This document shows, in pieces, positions 55,053-64,000 of a stretch of 64,000 bases of DNA; within the stretch, counting starts at the first letter, position 1, and every line of letters begins with the position of its first letter. This DNA comes from Gemmatimonadales bacterium. GTDB taxonomy: Bacteria; Gemmatimonadota; Gemmatimonadetes; Gemmatimonadales; GWC2-71-9. The DNA lies in NCBI GenBank assembly GCA_035517615.1, contig DATIYM010000018.1:45822-109821 (forward strand), in the 5' to 3' direction. Below the pieces are notes generated by a model that saw only the letters and a list, made by a program, of their open reading frames with translations, was not told where the DNA came from and searched no databases. The translations under genes were made by a program, and so were the position numbers.

Positions 55053-55452
55053 CTTCTTCCTTCGCCTTGCACTTGATGCACAGCCGCGCGTGTGGCAGCG
55101 CGTCGAGCCGCTCGAAGCTGATGTCTTCGCCGCACTGCTCGCAGCGTCCGAACTTCTCGGGAGCCTGATACAAGCGGCGCAGCGCCTGATTCACGTGCCA
55201 CAGATAGCGCCCTTCCTGTGACGCGAACAAGAACGCCTTCTCGCGCTCCATGGCATCGGTGCCTTGATCGGCCATGTGGAACGAATAGCTCGAGAGGTCG
55301 CCATCCGACGCCTGCAGGCTCGAATTGAACGACTCGCCGTAGTAGCCCAGCTCCTTCATCACGCGCGAGCGCTCCTCGAGCAATCGCTTCTCGAGATGGG
55401 TGAGCTGCTTCTTGTTCAGGCCCTTTGCCTTCGACTTGGATTTCGTCGGCAT
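55036..55452 (-). CDS. DksA/TraR-family C4 zinc-finger protein
   Basis: 138 aa. Coiled-coil N-terminus and CEQCGEDISFERLDALPHARLCIKC. Confidence 0.75.
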   Translation of the reverse strand: MPTKSKSKAKGLNKKQLTHLEKRLLEERSRVMKELGYYGESFNSSLQASDGDLSSYSFHMADQGTDAMEREKAFLFASQEGRYLWHVNQALRRLYQAPEKFGRCEQCGEDISFERLDALPHARLCIKCKAKEEDDQRR

Positions 55453-58400
55453 TATCGAGTTCCGCCCTTTCGTCCGTCACAGCGCCGCAGGCCAATCGTG
55501 ACGCGGCGCCCTTCGATGTCCACTTCCGAGGTCACGTCTGCCTGCTCGAGGACGGTGCGCAACGCCGTCTTTCGCGCCAGTGTTTCCCCCTCGACGAAGC
55601 CTTGGAACGCCCGTACAGCGGCGACCACTTCCTCGTCGCCCGAGATCGACAGCTCGATGCGCGTCGTGTAGTCGTAACCGGCGTCCTTGCGCAGCCGCTG
55701 CACCCGATTGACGACCTCGCGCGCGAGCCCCTCCTGCACCAGCTCCCGGCTGAGCCGCGGGTCGAGCGCCACGACGTACGGCCCGTCCGCCTGGATCACC
55801 CAATCGCTCGCGACTTCGCGGGCGATCGTGACATCTTCCGGTCCGAACTCGTACTCCCCGTGCCGCACCGTCTCGCCGCGCTCCAGCGCGCGCAGCGCGT
55901 CCGGCCCAAGCTCCGACACGGCGGCTGCCGCTCGGGGAGTCTCCTTGCCGTACCGCTTGCCGAGACTCCGAAAGTTGGCCTTGCCCTTGAGTGTCACGAG
56001 ATCGTGGTCCGATGCCACAACCTCACATGCCTTAGCGTTAACTTCCGCAGCCAAGATATCTAACAGGTCGTGGAAGGCGGGGCCCCTGACCTGGGCGGGG
56101 ACGGCCACCTGGATGCGTGCAACCGGTTGCCGCACACGCAGGTTTCGGGCCTCCCGTGCCGCCCGCGCCAGGGACGCGAGCCGCCGGACCGCGTCCATCG
56201 CTCGGAGCAGCTCCGGCGCGGCCCGCCCGCGGTCCGCCGGAAACGGCGCCAGGTGCACCGATGTGCCGGTGAGCGCCCGGTGCAGCCAATCCGAAATAAA
56301 TGGTGCCACGGGCGCGAGCAGCCGTGCCGCCGCCACCAGGGCCTCGTGCAGCGTTTCGAGCGCCACGGGATCGGTGGCCCGGTCGGGCGCCCAGAACCGT
56401 GGGCGATTCCGCCGGATGTACCAGCGCGACAAGTCTTCGCCCACGAAGTCCATGATCGCGCGCGTTCCCGCGGTCACATCGAACGCCGACCACGCCGCTC
56501 GCACCTGACCCACGACTTCGTCGAGGCGGGCGAGCAGCCAGCGATCGGCAAGCGGACGTGCCTCGAGCGGCGTTGCAGCTTCGGGCTTCCACTGCTGGGC
56601 GTACAACGCGAAAAACCGGTACGTCTCACGCAGCGTAACGAGAAACCCACCGACGAGTTTGGGAATCTCAGTGCGGTCGAACCGCTTCGGCAGCCAGACC
56701 TGGCTCTGTCCCACCAGGTACAGCCGCACCGCATCCGCGCCGTGCTCGCTGATTACCTCCCAGGGGTTCACAACGTTCCCCCGGCTCTTGGACATCTTTT
56801 GCCCCTCGGCATCGAGCACCAGCTCGTTCACGATCACGTTCCGATAGACGGGCGAGTCGAACGCGCCGATGCCGATCGCGAGCAGCGAATAAAACCAGCC
56901 GCGGGTCTGGTCCACCCCCTCGCAGATGAAATCCGCGGGAAAATGCGCGCGGAATTCCGCCTCGTGCTCGAAGGGGAAATGCCACTGCGCGTAGGGCATC
57001 GAGCCGGAATCGAACCAGGCATCGATCACGGGAATGACCCGCCGCATCACGCCGCCGCATTGCGCGCAGGGCCATGTGTACGCGTCGATGAACGGCCGGT
57101 GGGGATCGAAGTCGCTCGGCAGGTCCTTACCCCAATGGGTGCGCAGCTCGGCAAACGACCCCACCACGGTGCGATGCTCGGAATCGCGATCGCACTCCCA
57201 CACATTGAGCGGCGTGCCCCAGTAGCGATCGCGCGACAGCGCCCAATCGACGTTGTTTTCGAGCCACTCGCCAAACCGCCCGCTGCCGACTTCCGGTGGA
57301 TGCCAGCCGACCTGCGCGTTGGCGTCGAGCATGCGTGTCTTCAACGCCGTGGTGCGGATGAACCAGGAATCGCGCGCGTAATAGATCAGCGCCGAATCGC
57401 AACGCCAGCAGAACGGATACGTGTGCTCGATCGGCCGGGTTTCGAGCCAGCGGCCTTCCGCCTTCAGGCGATCGATGATGAGACGATTGGTGTCCTTGTC
57501 GGTGACGAGCCTGCCATTGATGTCGGCCCAGCGCGTGCCCTGAAACGTGCCGTCCGGCGCGACGGGATTGACGAACGCGAGGCCGTTGTCGCGGCCGGCC
57601 TGATAGTCGTCGGCGCCGAATGCCGGCGCCATGTGCACGAGGCCGGTGCCCTCGTCGGCCGACACGAAATCGGCCGCGATCACAATGGCGCGCTCCCCCT
57701 GCTCCGGAAGCGGCACCACGTCGAGCGGACGGGTGTAGCGCTGTCCCACGAGCTCGCGGCCGCGAAACGTCGCGACCCGCTCCGCCTGCGCGAGCGGTCG
57801 GCCGCCGACGTGCAGATCACCGGCCCGCGCGCTGGCCACGATGTAGCGCGTCCGGCCGACGGCGTATTCCCCGTAGTCGAGGTCCGCATCCACCGCCACG
57901 GCGACGTTGGACAGGAGCGTCCAGGGTGTGGTCGTCCAGATCACGAGCTGCCGTCCGGGATCGGAGACCAGCGGAAACGTCACGTAGATGCTGTTGGTCT
58001 GTACGCGCTCGTAGCCCTGCGCCAGCTCGTGCGAAGACAGCGCGGTGCCGCAGCGCGGGCAGTAGGGCAGCACCTTGTGACCGCGGTACAAGAGCCCCTT
58101 CTCGTGCAGTCGCTTGAGCAGCCACCATACGGTCTCGATGTAGCCGTTGGTGTAGGTGATGTAGGGATGTTCGTAATCGAGCCAGTACGCGATGCGCTCC
58201 GAGAGCGCTTCCCAGTCGGCCTTGTACTTGAACACGCTCTCGCGACACAGCCGGTTGAACTTCTCGATTCCGTACGCCTCGATCTGTTTCTTGCCGTTGA
58301 TGCCGAGCGTTCGCTCGACTTCGATTTCCACCGGTAGGCCATGCGTATCCCACCCCGCGATGCGGGTCACGGAATGCCCCAGCATGGTCTGATAGCGGCA

Positions 58401-58607
58401 CACGAGATCCTTGATCGTGCGGGCAAACACGTGGTGAATGCCCGGACGGCCGTTCGCCGTAGGCGGTCCCTCGAAGAATACGAACGGCGTGGCGGTACTC
58501 GAGGCTGTTTCGGTCTGCGCGAACAACCGCTCCCGTTTCCAGGTCGCGAGCAGCTGTTGTTCGAGCGCGTCCGGCGAAAGCTCGGGATCGAGCTGCGGGT
58601 AGGCCAT
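55452..58607 (-). CDS. ileS: isoleucine--tRNA ligase (type 2)
   Basis: Trimmed to ATG 58607 (MAYPQLDPELSPDALEQQLL), with TGATG overlap with punA. PPTANGRPGIHHVFAR (HIGH region) and KMSKSRGN. Confidence 0.9.
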   Translation of the reverse strand: MAYPQLDPELSPDALEQQLLATWKRERLFAQTETASSTATPFVFFEGPPTANGRPGIHHVFARTIKDLVCRYQTMLGHSVTRIAGWDTHGLPVEIEVERTLGINGKKQIEAYGIEKFNRLCRESVFKYKADWEALSERIAYWLDYEHPYITYTNGYIETVWWLLKRLHEKGLLYRGHKVLPYCPRCGTALSSHELAQGYERVQTNSIYVTFPLVSDPGRQLVIWTTTPWTLLSNVAVAVDADLDYGEYAVGRTRYIVASARAGDLHVGGRPLAQAERVATFRGRELVGQRYTRPLDVVPLPEQGERAIVIAADFVSADEGTGLVHMAPAFGADDYQAGRDNGLAFVNPVAPDGTFQGTRWADINGRLVTDKDTNRLIIDRLKAEGRWLETRPIEHTYPFCWRCDSALIYYARDSWFIRTTALKTRMLDANAQVGWHPPEVGSGRFGEWLENNVDWALSRDRYWGTPLNVWECDRDSEHRTVVGSFAELRTHWGKDLPSDFDPHRPFIDAYTWPCAQCGGVMRRVIPVIDAWFDSGSMPYAQWHFPFEHEAEFRAHFPADFICEGVDQTRGWFYSLLAIGIGAFDSPVYRNVIVNELVLDAEGQKMSKSRGNVVNPWEVISEHGADAVRLYLVGQSQVWLPKRFDRTEIPKLVGGFLVTLRETYRFFALYAQQWKPEAATPLEARPLADRWLLARLDEVVGQVRAAWSAFDVTAGTRAIMDFVGEDLSRWYIRRNRPRFWAPDRATDPVALETLHEALVAAARLLAPVAPFISDWLHRALTGTSVHLAPFPADRGRAAPELLRAMDAVRRLASLARAAREARNLRVRQPVARIQVAVPAQVRGPAFHDLLDILAAEVNAKACEVVASDHDLVTLKGKANFRSLGKRYGKETPRAAAAVSELGPDALRALERGETVRHGEYEFGPEDVTIAREVASDWVIQADGPYVVALDPRLSRELVQEGLAREVVNRVQRLRKDAGYDYTTRIELSISGDEEVVAAVRAFQGFVEGETLARKTALRTVLEQADVTSEVDIEGRRVTIGLRRCDGRKGGTR

Positions 58608-59416
58608 CAGTCGAGTCGGTCCAGCACGCCCTGAATCAAGGCCGTCAGGTGCGGCTCCGCGTCGCGCGCCACGGCGATGATGCGTTCCACCGTCGTGGGC
58701 GCGAGCGCGTCCGGCAGACACTGGTCGGTGATGATCGACACGCCGAGCACGCGCATGCCCATGTGGACGGCGGTGATCACTTCGGGAACCGTGCTCATGC
58801 CCACCACGTCGGCGCCGAGCGCGCGCAGCATGCGGTATTCGGCGCGCGTCTCGAGATTCGGCCCGGTCACGGCGACGTACACGCCCTCGCGCAGCGTGAA
58901 TCCCCGCTCGCGGGCCACCCGGCGCGCGATCTCGCGGAGCCACGGATCATATGGCTCCGACATATCCGGAAACCGGGGACCGAGCGATTCGTCGTTGGGC
59001 CCGACGAGCGGGTTGTCGCCCAACAGATTGATATGATCGGCGATGAGCATGAGATCGCCGGGACTCCACAGCGGGTGCATGCCGCCGCAGGCATTCGAGA
59101 CGACAAGCAGCCGCGCTCCCAGTGCGCGCAGCACGCGAACGGGAAACGCGATCTGCTGCAGCGTGTACCCCTCGTAGCGGTGAAACCGGCCCTGCATCGC
59201 AACCACCGGCCGCCCCGCCAGTCGGCCCAGCAGCAGCACGCCCGCATGGCTCTCGACCGTGGCGATCGGAAAACCGGGTATCTCGGTGTAGGGAATCCGG
59301 GTGGCGTCGGCGATCTCGGTGGCCAGAGCGCCCAGCCCGGTGCCAAGAATCACGGCCACCTCCGGGGTGAGCGTCGATCTCGCCTGAATGGCGCGGACCG
59401 CGTCCGCGATGATCAT
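58607..59416 (-). CDS. punA: purine nucleoside phosphorylase (PNP-I / PunA type)
   Basis: 269 aa. AVILGTGLG, GFPIATVESHAG, MQGRFHRYEGY, GMSTVPEV. Confidence 0.85.
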   Translation of the reverse strand: MIIADAVRAIQARSTLTPEVAVILGTGLGALATEIADATRIPYTEIPGFPIATVESHAGVLLLGRLAGRPVVAMQGRFHRYEGYTLQQIAFPVRVLRALGARLLVVSNACGGMHPLWSPGDLMLIADHINLLGDNPLVGPNDESLGPRFPDMSEPYDPWLREIARRVARERGFTLREGVYVAVTGPNLETRAEYRMLRALGADVVGMSTVPEVITAVHMGMRVLGVSIITDQCLPDALAPTTVERIIAVARDAEPHLTALIQGVLDRLD

Positions 59417-59994
59417 CCCGCTTGCTTGCCGTCCAGTGCCCGCAGCTCCGCCATTTGTCGGTCGAGAATCGCGCGAAATCCGCCGACGTAGGCCTGGAAC
59501 TGCCGCTCGGCTTCGGCGAGCTGGCGCCGCACGGCGAGCTCCGCCGCGTGCGCCTCGTCCACGATCCGCCGCGCCTCGGCCTCGGCGTCGCGCCGAATCG
59601 CCTGGGCTTCGCGTTCCGCGGCCGTGCGGGTTTCCTCGCGCAGCTGCTGTGCCGTGACGAGTGCCTCGTTCAGCGCACGCTCCCGCTCGCGAAACGAACG
59701 CAGCTGGTCGGTGAGCGCGGCGAGCCGCTCCTCGAGTACCGAGCGCTCGCGCAGAATGCGCTCCAGCTCGTCGGCCACCCGCAGGCGGAAATCCTCGACG
59801 CCGAGCGGCTCGTAGCCGCGCAGCCTCTTGCGAAACTCCTGCTTCCGGATGTCGAGCGGCGTGAGATGAAACCCGCCGTTCGCTACGTCGTCCTCGGACC
59901 GAATAGCGCGGTACCCAACCGAAGCATCGTCGCTCCCTCCTCGACCGCTATGCCGTAGTCCGCGGACATCCCCATCGAGAGCGCTGGAACCCAT
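59413..59994 (-). CDS. divIVA: DivIVA-domain protein
   Basis: LTPLDIRKQEFRKRLRGYEPLGVEDFRLRVADELE is followed by a long coiled coil. The only canonical start in frame is ATG 59994, which overlaps yggS by 112 nt. The true start is uncertain. Confidence 0.7.
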   Translation of the reverse strand: MGSSALDGDVRGLRHSGRGGSDDASVGYRAIRSEDDVANGGFHLTPLDIRKQEFRKRLRGYEPLGVEDFRLRVADELERILRERSVLEERLAALTDQLRSFRERERALNEALVTAQQLREETRTAAEREAQAIRRDAEAEARRIVDEAHAAELAVRRQLAEAERQFQAYVGGFRAILDRQMAELRALDGKQAG

Positions 59995-60584
59995 AGTCCC
60001 TCCTTCTGCAACTCGTCGCGCAGCACGCGCAACGCGCGAAACGTGTTTCGTTGTACCGACAGGTCGTCGGTGAACGGGGCGATGGTCATCAACCCCTCGA
60101 GTTTCAGATGCGGCTGCGCCACCACGGCGCGCGCGACTGCCGGCGCCACAGCCGGCGTGCAGCCGCTTTTCTGCTGCTCCCCTGCCACGTTCACCTGCAC
60201 GAGCACGCGGAGCTTCGACTCTTCCCCACTCTCCCCCGCCCGGCGCTCGAGCTCCGCCGCCAGACTCGCACTCTCCACGGAATGCACCACGGCAAAGCGG
60301 CCCGGAATGAACTTAGCCTTGTTGCGCTGCAGGTGACCGATGAGGTGCCACGTGAGCGGAGCCTCGGCGAGCGCCTCGATTTTCCCCAGCGCCTCCTGGA
60401 CGCGATTTTCGCCGATGTCGGTCAGGCCTGAGGCTTGGGCGGCCCGCACCGCGTCGGGCCCGAACCCCTTGGTCACCGCGACGATGGTCAGGGGATGGCT
60501 CCATCCGGAGAGCGCCTGCCTGCGCGCGATTTCCTGTTGCACCCGGGCGAGCCGCTCGGGCAGATCCCGGAAATCCTGACTCAA
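59883..60584 (-). CDS. yggS: PLP-binding homeostasis protein YggS/YlmE family
   Basis: 233 aa. IVAVTKGF (PLP Lys), WHLIGHLQRNK, LSMGMSADY. Confidence 0.85.
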   Translation of the reverse strand: MSQDFRDLPERLARVQQEIARRQALSGWSHPLTIVAVTKGFGPDAVRAAQASGLTDIGENRVQEALGKIEALAEAPLTWHLIGHLQRNKAKFIPGRFAVVHSVESASLAAELERRAGESGEESKLRVLVQVNVAGEQQKSGCTPAVAPAVARAVVAQPHLKLEGLMTIAPFTDDLSVQRNTFRALRVLRDELQKEGLWVPALSMGMSADYGIAVEEGATMLRLGTALFGPRTT

Positions 60585-60602
60585 GCTAGCGACGGTGCCG
60601 CT

Positions 60603-61403
60603 TCAACCGGTCGCCGCGAGCAACCGCTCACCGCCCTCCAAATGAGAGATCACGCCCGAGAGAAGATCGCGCACCTGCTGCGGGGTGAGTGGACGGTGCA
60701 GCAGTCCGTGGCTCGCGATCGATATCGTCGACGTCTCCTCGGAGACCACGAGCACAGTGGCGTCGGTTTCCTCCGAGAGCCCGAGCGCCGCGCGATGTCT
60801 CGTTCCGAGCGACTTGTCGGCCACCTTGAACTGCGTGAGCGGCAACACGCAGCCGGCGCCGATGATGCGGTCGCCGCGTATCAGCACCGCGCCGTCGTGC
60901 AGCGGCGAATATGGCGTGAAAATCGTCGTCAGCAGATCGGCCGACACCTTGGCCTCCATCGGAACGCCCGAGGAGATGAATTCCTCGAGCCCGATGTCCC
61001 CTTCGACGGCGATGATCGCGCCGGTTCCGGCGCGCGACAGGCGATCCATTGCCTCCGCGATCTCTTCAGCCACCGATTGGCGGTCGCTTTGCGAAAATCG
61101 CCGCATAAACCGTGACTGGCCCAGCCGGGCGAGGGCGTTTCGCAGCTCCGGCTGAAACACCACGACCGCCGCAAAGGCGCCGTAGGTGAACAACAGGCCG
61201 AGCAGGAAGCTGATCATCTGAAACTTCGCGAGCACCGCGGCAAAATAGGCGACCGAAAGGATCATCACCCCGATCACGATCTGCATGGCGCGGGTGCCGA
61301 CGAGGAACAGCAGAAAGCGATAGATGACGAACGCGACGAGCAAAATCTCGACGACGTCAGGCCACAAACGGGGAATCAGGAAACGGTAGGAGTCGAAGCT
61401 CAC
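60603..61403 (-). CDS. cdaA: diadenylate cyclase CdaA (three TM segments plus DAC domain)
   Basis: Trimmed to GTG 61403 (GTGA overlap with the folP stop). GAIIAVEG, PLHDGAVLI, GTRHRAALGLSEETDA. Confidence 0.85.
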   Translation of the reverse strand: MSFDSYRFLIPRLWPDVVEILLVAFVIYRFLLFLVGTRAMQIVIGVMILSVAYFAAVLAKFQMISFLLGLLFTYGAFAAVVVFQPELRNALARLGQSRFMRRFSQSDRQSVAEEIAEAMDRLSRAGTGAIIAVEGDIGLEEFISSGVPMEAKVSADLLTTIFTPYSPLHDGAVLIRGDRIIGAGCVLPLTQFKVADKSLGTRHRAALGLSEETDATVLVVSEETSTISIASHGLLHRPLTPQQVRDLLSGVISHLEGGERLLAATG

Positions 61404-62572
61404 GTTCGAGGTGTCGTGGTCGTTGCGCTTGCCACGTTCAGGGCCTCCCGCGCGAGGCTCACGTCGTGGACTCGGAAGAGCCGCGCGCCCCGCTCCCAGG
61501 CGAGGGCACAGGCAAGCGCGCTGGCGCGGTCGCGGTCCTGAACCGGGCGGCCCGTCGCGGCACCAAGAAATCGCTTGCGCGAGGGACCAACGGCTACAGG
61601 ATAGCCCAACCCCACCACGGACGCCAGTTCGTCGAGCAATCGAAAATTCTGCTCGACGGTCTTCGCAAACCCAAACCCGGGGTCGAGCACGATGCGGTCG
61701 CGCGTCACGCCGGCCGCGAGCGCCTGCCCCGCGCAATCGGCCAGCTCGCCGGCCACGTCGGCCGCCACGTGGTGATAGGTCGCGAGCCCGTCCATCGTTT
61801 CCGGCGTCCCGCGGGAATGCATCAGGATCACGCCCACGCGGGCACCGGCCGCGACGCCGAGCAGCGCGGGGTCGAACCGCCCCCCCGAGATGTCGTTGAT
61901 CGCGGCCGCCCCCGCGGCGAGCGCTGCCCGGGCCACCTCACTCTTCCGCGTGTCCACCGACACCGGCCCGAGTCCGCGGCTCACAATCGCATCGACCACG
62001 GGAATCACGCGCGCCAGCTCATCTGCTACCGCCACGGCGGTCGCTCCCGGTCGCGTAGACTCGCCACCGACGTCGATGACTCGGCAGCCGTCGGCCTTGA
62101 GCCGTTCGGCGCGCACCACGGCGGCCTCCGCGCCCATGAAGCTGCCGCCGTCGGAAAACGAATCGGGAGTGACGTTGAGTACCCCGATCAGCACCGGCGC
62201 ATCGAGCGCAATGGATTCTCCCGCAATGCTCCAGCTCCGGGGCGGGTCGGCATAGGTCGCGAGAAACCGCGCCAGCGTTTCGCCGACGCGCTCGAGCCCT
62301 GGCGGCACACGATCGGCACGGGCGAGCGGCGCGAGGCGGCTCGCGGCCGCCGCGACGAGCGCCCAACCTTCTCCCGTGAGCAGGTCCGCGCCCGTGCGCG
62401 TACTCCAGCGCAGGAGCGCCTCCCGTTCAGATTCGGAGATGTCGTCGAGAACGAGCGACAGGGGCTGAACGCCCGTCGCGGCCAGCCACGCCGGCTGGGC
62501 TTCCCATCCACGCGCCGCGAGCGCCGCGCGCACCGCCTCCGGGGTGTGCGCGGCGAGCGCGGTAAGCTTCAC
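61400..62572 (-). CDS. folP: dihydropteroate synthase with an N-terminal extension of ~125 aa
   Basis: The DHPS core starts at about aa 126: [50 protein letters not shown] could not assign the N-terminal domain. Confidence 0.85.
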   Translation of the reverse strand: MKLTALAAHTPEAVRAALAARGWEAQPAWLAATGVQPLSLVLDDISESEREALLRWSTRTGADLLTGEGWALVAAAASRLAPLARADRVPPGLERVGETLARFLATYADPPRSWSIAGESIALDAPVLIGVLNVTPDSFSDGGSFMGAEAAVVRAERLKADGCRVIDVGGESTRPGATAVAVADELARVIPVVDAIVSRGLGPVSVDTRKSEVARAALAAGAAAINDISGGRFDPALLGVAAGARVGVILMHSRGTPETMDGLATYHHVAADVAGELADCAGQALAAGVTRDRIVLDPGFGFAKTVEQNFRLLDELASVVGLGYPVAVGPSRKRFLGAATGRPVQDRDRASALACALAWERGARLFRVHDVSLAREALNVASATTTTPRT

Positions 62573-64000
62573 GCGCCGGCGGGCTCGGGCGGAGGACTGC
62601 CGAGCACCGGCCCGCGGGACGGTGCTTTTTCCTTCGCCGGCTCCACCGCGGACGCGGTCGGTGCCGCCGGCGGCGGAGTGGGCGGCACGAGCGGCGGCAG
62701 CGGCCGCCCGGTCAGAATCAGATCGACCTGATCGCGGTCGAGGGTTTCGCGCTCGAGCAGTGCGTTGGCCAGGGCGTCGAGCTGCCCGCGATTCTCGGTC
62801 AGAATCGAGCGGGCCCGCTCGTAGGCTTCTCCCAGTAGACGCTTGAGCTCGGTATCGACGAGCTCCGCGGTCCGCTCCGACACTTCGCGCCGCTGTACGA
62901 CCTCACGGCCGAGGAAGATCTCGGCCTCGCGATCGCCCACGGCGATCGGTCCTACCGCGTCGCTCATCCCGAACTGGGTCACCATCCGGCGGGCCAGCTC
63001 CGTGGCCTGCTGGATGTCCGAGTACGCACCCGTGGTCACCTTGTCGGCGCCGAATACCAGCTCTTCGGCGACCCGGCCCCCGTACGACATCGCGAGCTGC
63101 CCCACGAGCCACTGCTTGGTCACGTTGCGCCGATCCTTTTCGGGCAGGAAGAACGTGATCCCCAAGGCGCGGCCCCGTGGCACGATCGTGACCTTGTGAA
63201 TCGGATCGACCCCCGGCACCGACAGGCCGACGAGCGCATGACCGGCCTCGTGATACGCGGTGAGCTTCCGCTCTTCTTCGGTCAGGACCATGCTCTTCCG
63301 CTCGAGCCCGAGCATGACTTTGTCTTTCGCGTCCTCGAGGTCGGCGTTATCGACGCTCGGCTTGTTGCGCCGCGCCGCGAGCAGCGCCGCCTCATTCACG
63401 ATATTCGACAGCTCGGCGCCGGACAGACCGGGAGTCCCCTTCGCGATACGCTCGAGGTTCACGTTCGTGGCAAGCGGAATCTTGCGCGTGTGCACGCGCA
63501 GGATTTGCTCGCGACCTTTCACGTCGGGCATATCGACCACGATCTGCCGGTCGAACCGTCCGGGGCGCAACAGCGCCGGATCGAGAATGTCCGGCCGGTT
63601 CGTTGCGGCAAGCAGAATGACGCCATCGTTCGACTCGAACCCATCCATTTCCACGAGCAGCTGGTTCAACGTTTGCTCGCGCTCATCGTGGCCGCCGCCA
63701 AGCCCCGCCCCACGGTGCCGTCCGACGGCGTCGATTTCGTCGATGAAAATGATGCACGGGGCGTGCGCCTTGCCCTGCTCGAACAGATCGCGGACGCGCG
63801 ACGCACCGACGCCCACGAACATCTCGACGAAGTCCGATCCCGACATCGAGAAGAACGGGCGGCCCGCCTCCCCGGCGACGGCCTTCGCCAGCAGCGTCTT
63901 ACCCGTGCCCGGCGGCCCGACGAGCAGCGCGCCCTTGGGCAGGCGGCCACCCAGCCGCTGGAATTTTTGCGGGTCCTTGAGGAAATCGATGATCTCCTCG
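62569..64000 (-). CDS. ftsH: ATP-dependent zinc metalloprotease FtsH, 5' end beyond the window edge
   Basis: The frame stays open past the track start. My translation of 63847-64000 gives ...[42 protein letters not shown] (Walker A). Downstream are the SRH, then HEAGHAL (HExxH). Confidence 0.9.
   Translation of the reverse strand, partial: EEIIDFLKDPQKFQRLGGRLPKGALLVGPPGTGKTLLAKAVAGEAGRPFFSMSGSDFVEMFVGVGASRVRDLFEQGKAHAPCIIFIDEIDAVGRHRGAGLGGGHDEREQTLNQLLVEMDGFESNDGVILLAATNRPDILDPALLRPGRFDRQIVVDMPDVKGREQILRVHTRKIPLATNVNLERIAKGTPGLSGAELSNIVNEAALLAARRNKPSVDNADLEDAKDKVMLGLERKSMVLTEEERKLTAYHEAGHALVGLSVPGVDPIHKVTIVPRGRALGITFFLPEKDRRNVTKQWLVGQLAMSYGGRVAEELVFGADKVTTGAYSDIQQATELARRMVTQFGMSDAVGPIAVGDREAEIFLGREVVQRREVSERTAELVDTELKRLLGEAYERARSILTENRGQLDALANALLERETLDRDQVDLILTGRPLPPLVPPTPPPAAPTASAVEPAKEKAPSRGPVLGSPPPEPAGA

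Noticed and set aside
56070-58337. A 755-aa plus-strand ORF.
   Set aside because: It lies antisense to ileS, which carries the HIGH and KMSKS motifs. It is a shadow ORF.

Overview
GC-rich (by eye about two-thirds or more G+C), very gene-dense bacterial chromosomal segment. Only three CDSs are on the plus strand (mazG, a BamB-like propeller, a small secreted protein). I found no rRNA, CRISPR array, transposase, integrase or prophage genes. The ORF track translates GTG/TTG starts as M and takes the longest ORF. Many tracks therefore carry Arg/Ala-rich N-terminal extensions, which I trimmed using homology and stop/start overlaps (ATGA, GTGA, TGATG) with the upstream gene.

Layout:
(i) 1-16.3 kb is housekeeping: miaB (partial), mtaB-like, beta-barrel OMP plus lipoprotein, deoB, alr, mazG, asnS, BamB-like, recG, ftsY, a vWA-like membrane protein and hisA.
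(ii) 16.3-33 kb is a complete dcw cluster read on the minus strand: rsmH-ftsL-ftsI-murE-murF-mraY-murD-ftsW-murG-murC-ftsQ-ftsA-ftsZ, then an M23 peptidase. It is preceded by tRNA-Asp plus an intrinsic terminator, and there is no mraZ.
(iii) 33-35.1 kb holds a secreted TPR protein flanked by tRNA-Asp and tRNA-Val.
(iv) 35.1-53.5 kb is the most interesting part. It looks like a single ~18 kb operon. A Bacillus-type chemosensory gene set (cheW-cheY-cheA-cheC ... cheR-cheD-cheB-cheW-cheW) with no MCP gene is split in two by an 8-gene insert. The insert is built around the Ras-like polarity GTPase MglA: a giant TPR protein, two DUF4388/PATAN-TPR paralogs carrying tandem MshEN-like c-di-GMP motifs, three Roadblock/LC7 proteins including MglB, and a protein made of two DnaA-type AAA+ modules with no DNA-binding domain.
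(v) 53.5-64 kb is housekeeping: rluD, lspA, dksA-like, ileS, punA, divIVA, yggS, cdaA, folP and ftsH (partial).

A second signal not explained by gene calls is a purine-rich heptamer array, (GGGAAGC)n. It lies on the sense strand inside three unrelated genes (mazG, the vWA-like gene, cheA).

The taxon is inference only. High GC, a DUF3098-like gene and the ileS-dksA-lspA arrangement suggest an FCB-group or Gemmatimonadota-like diderm.
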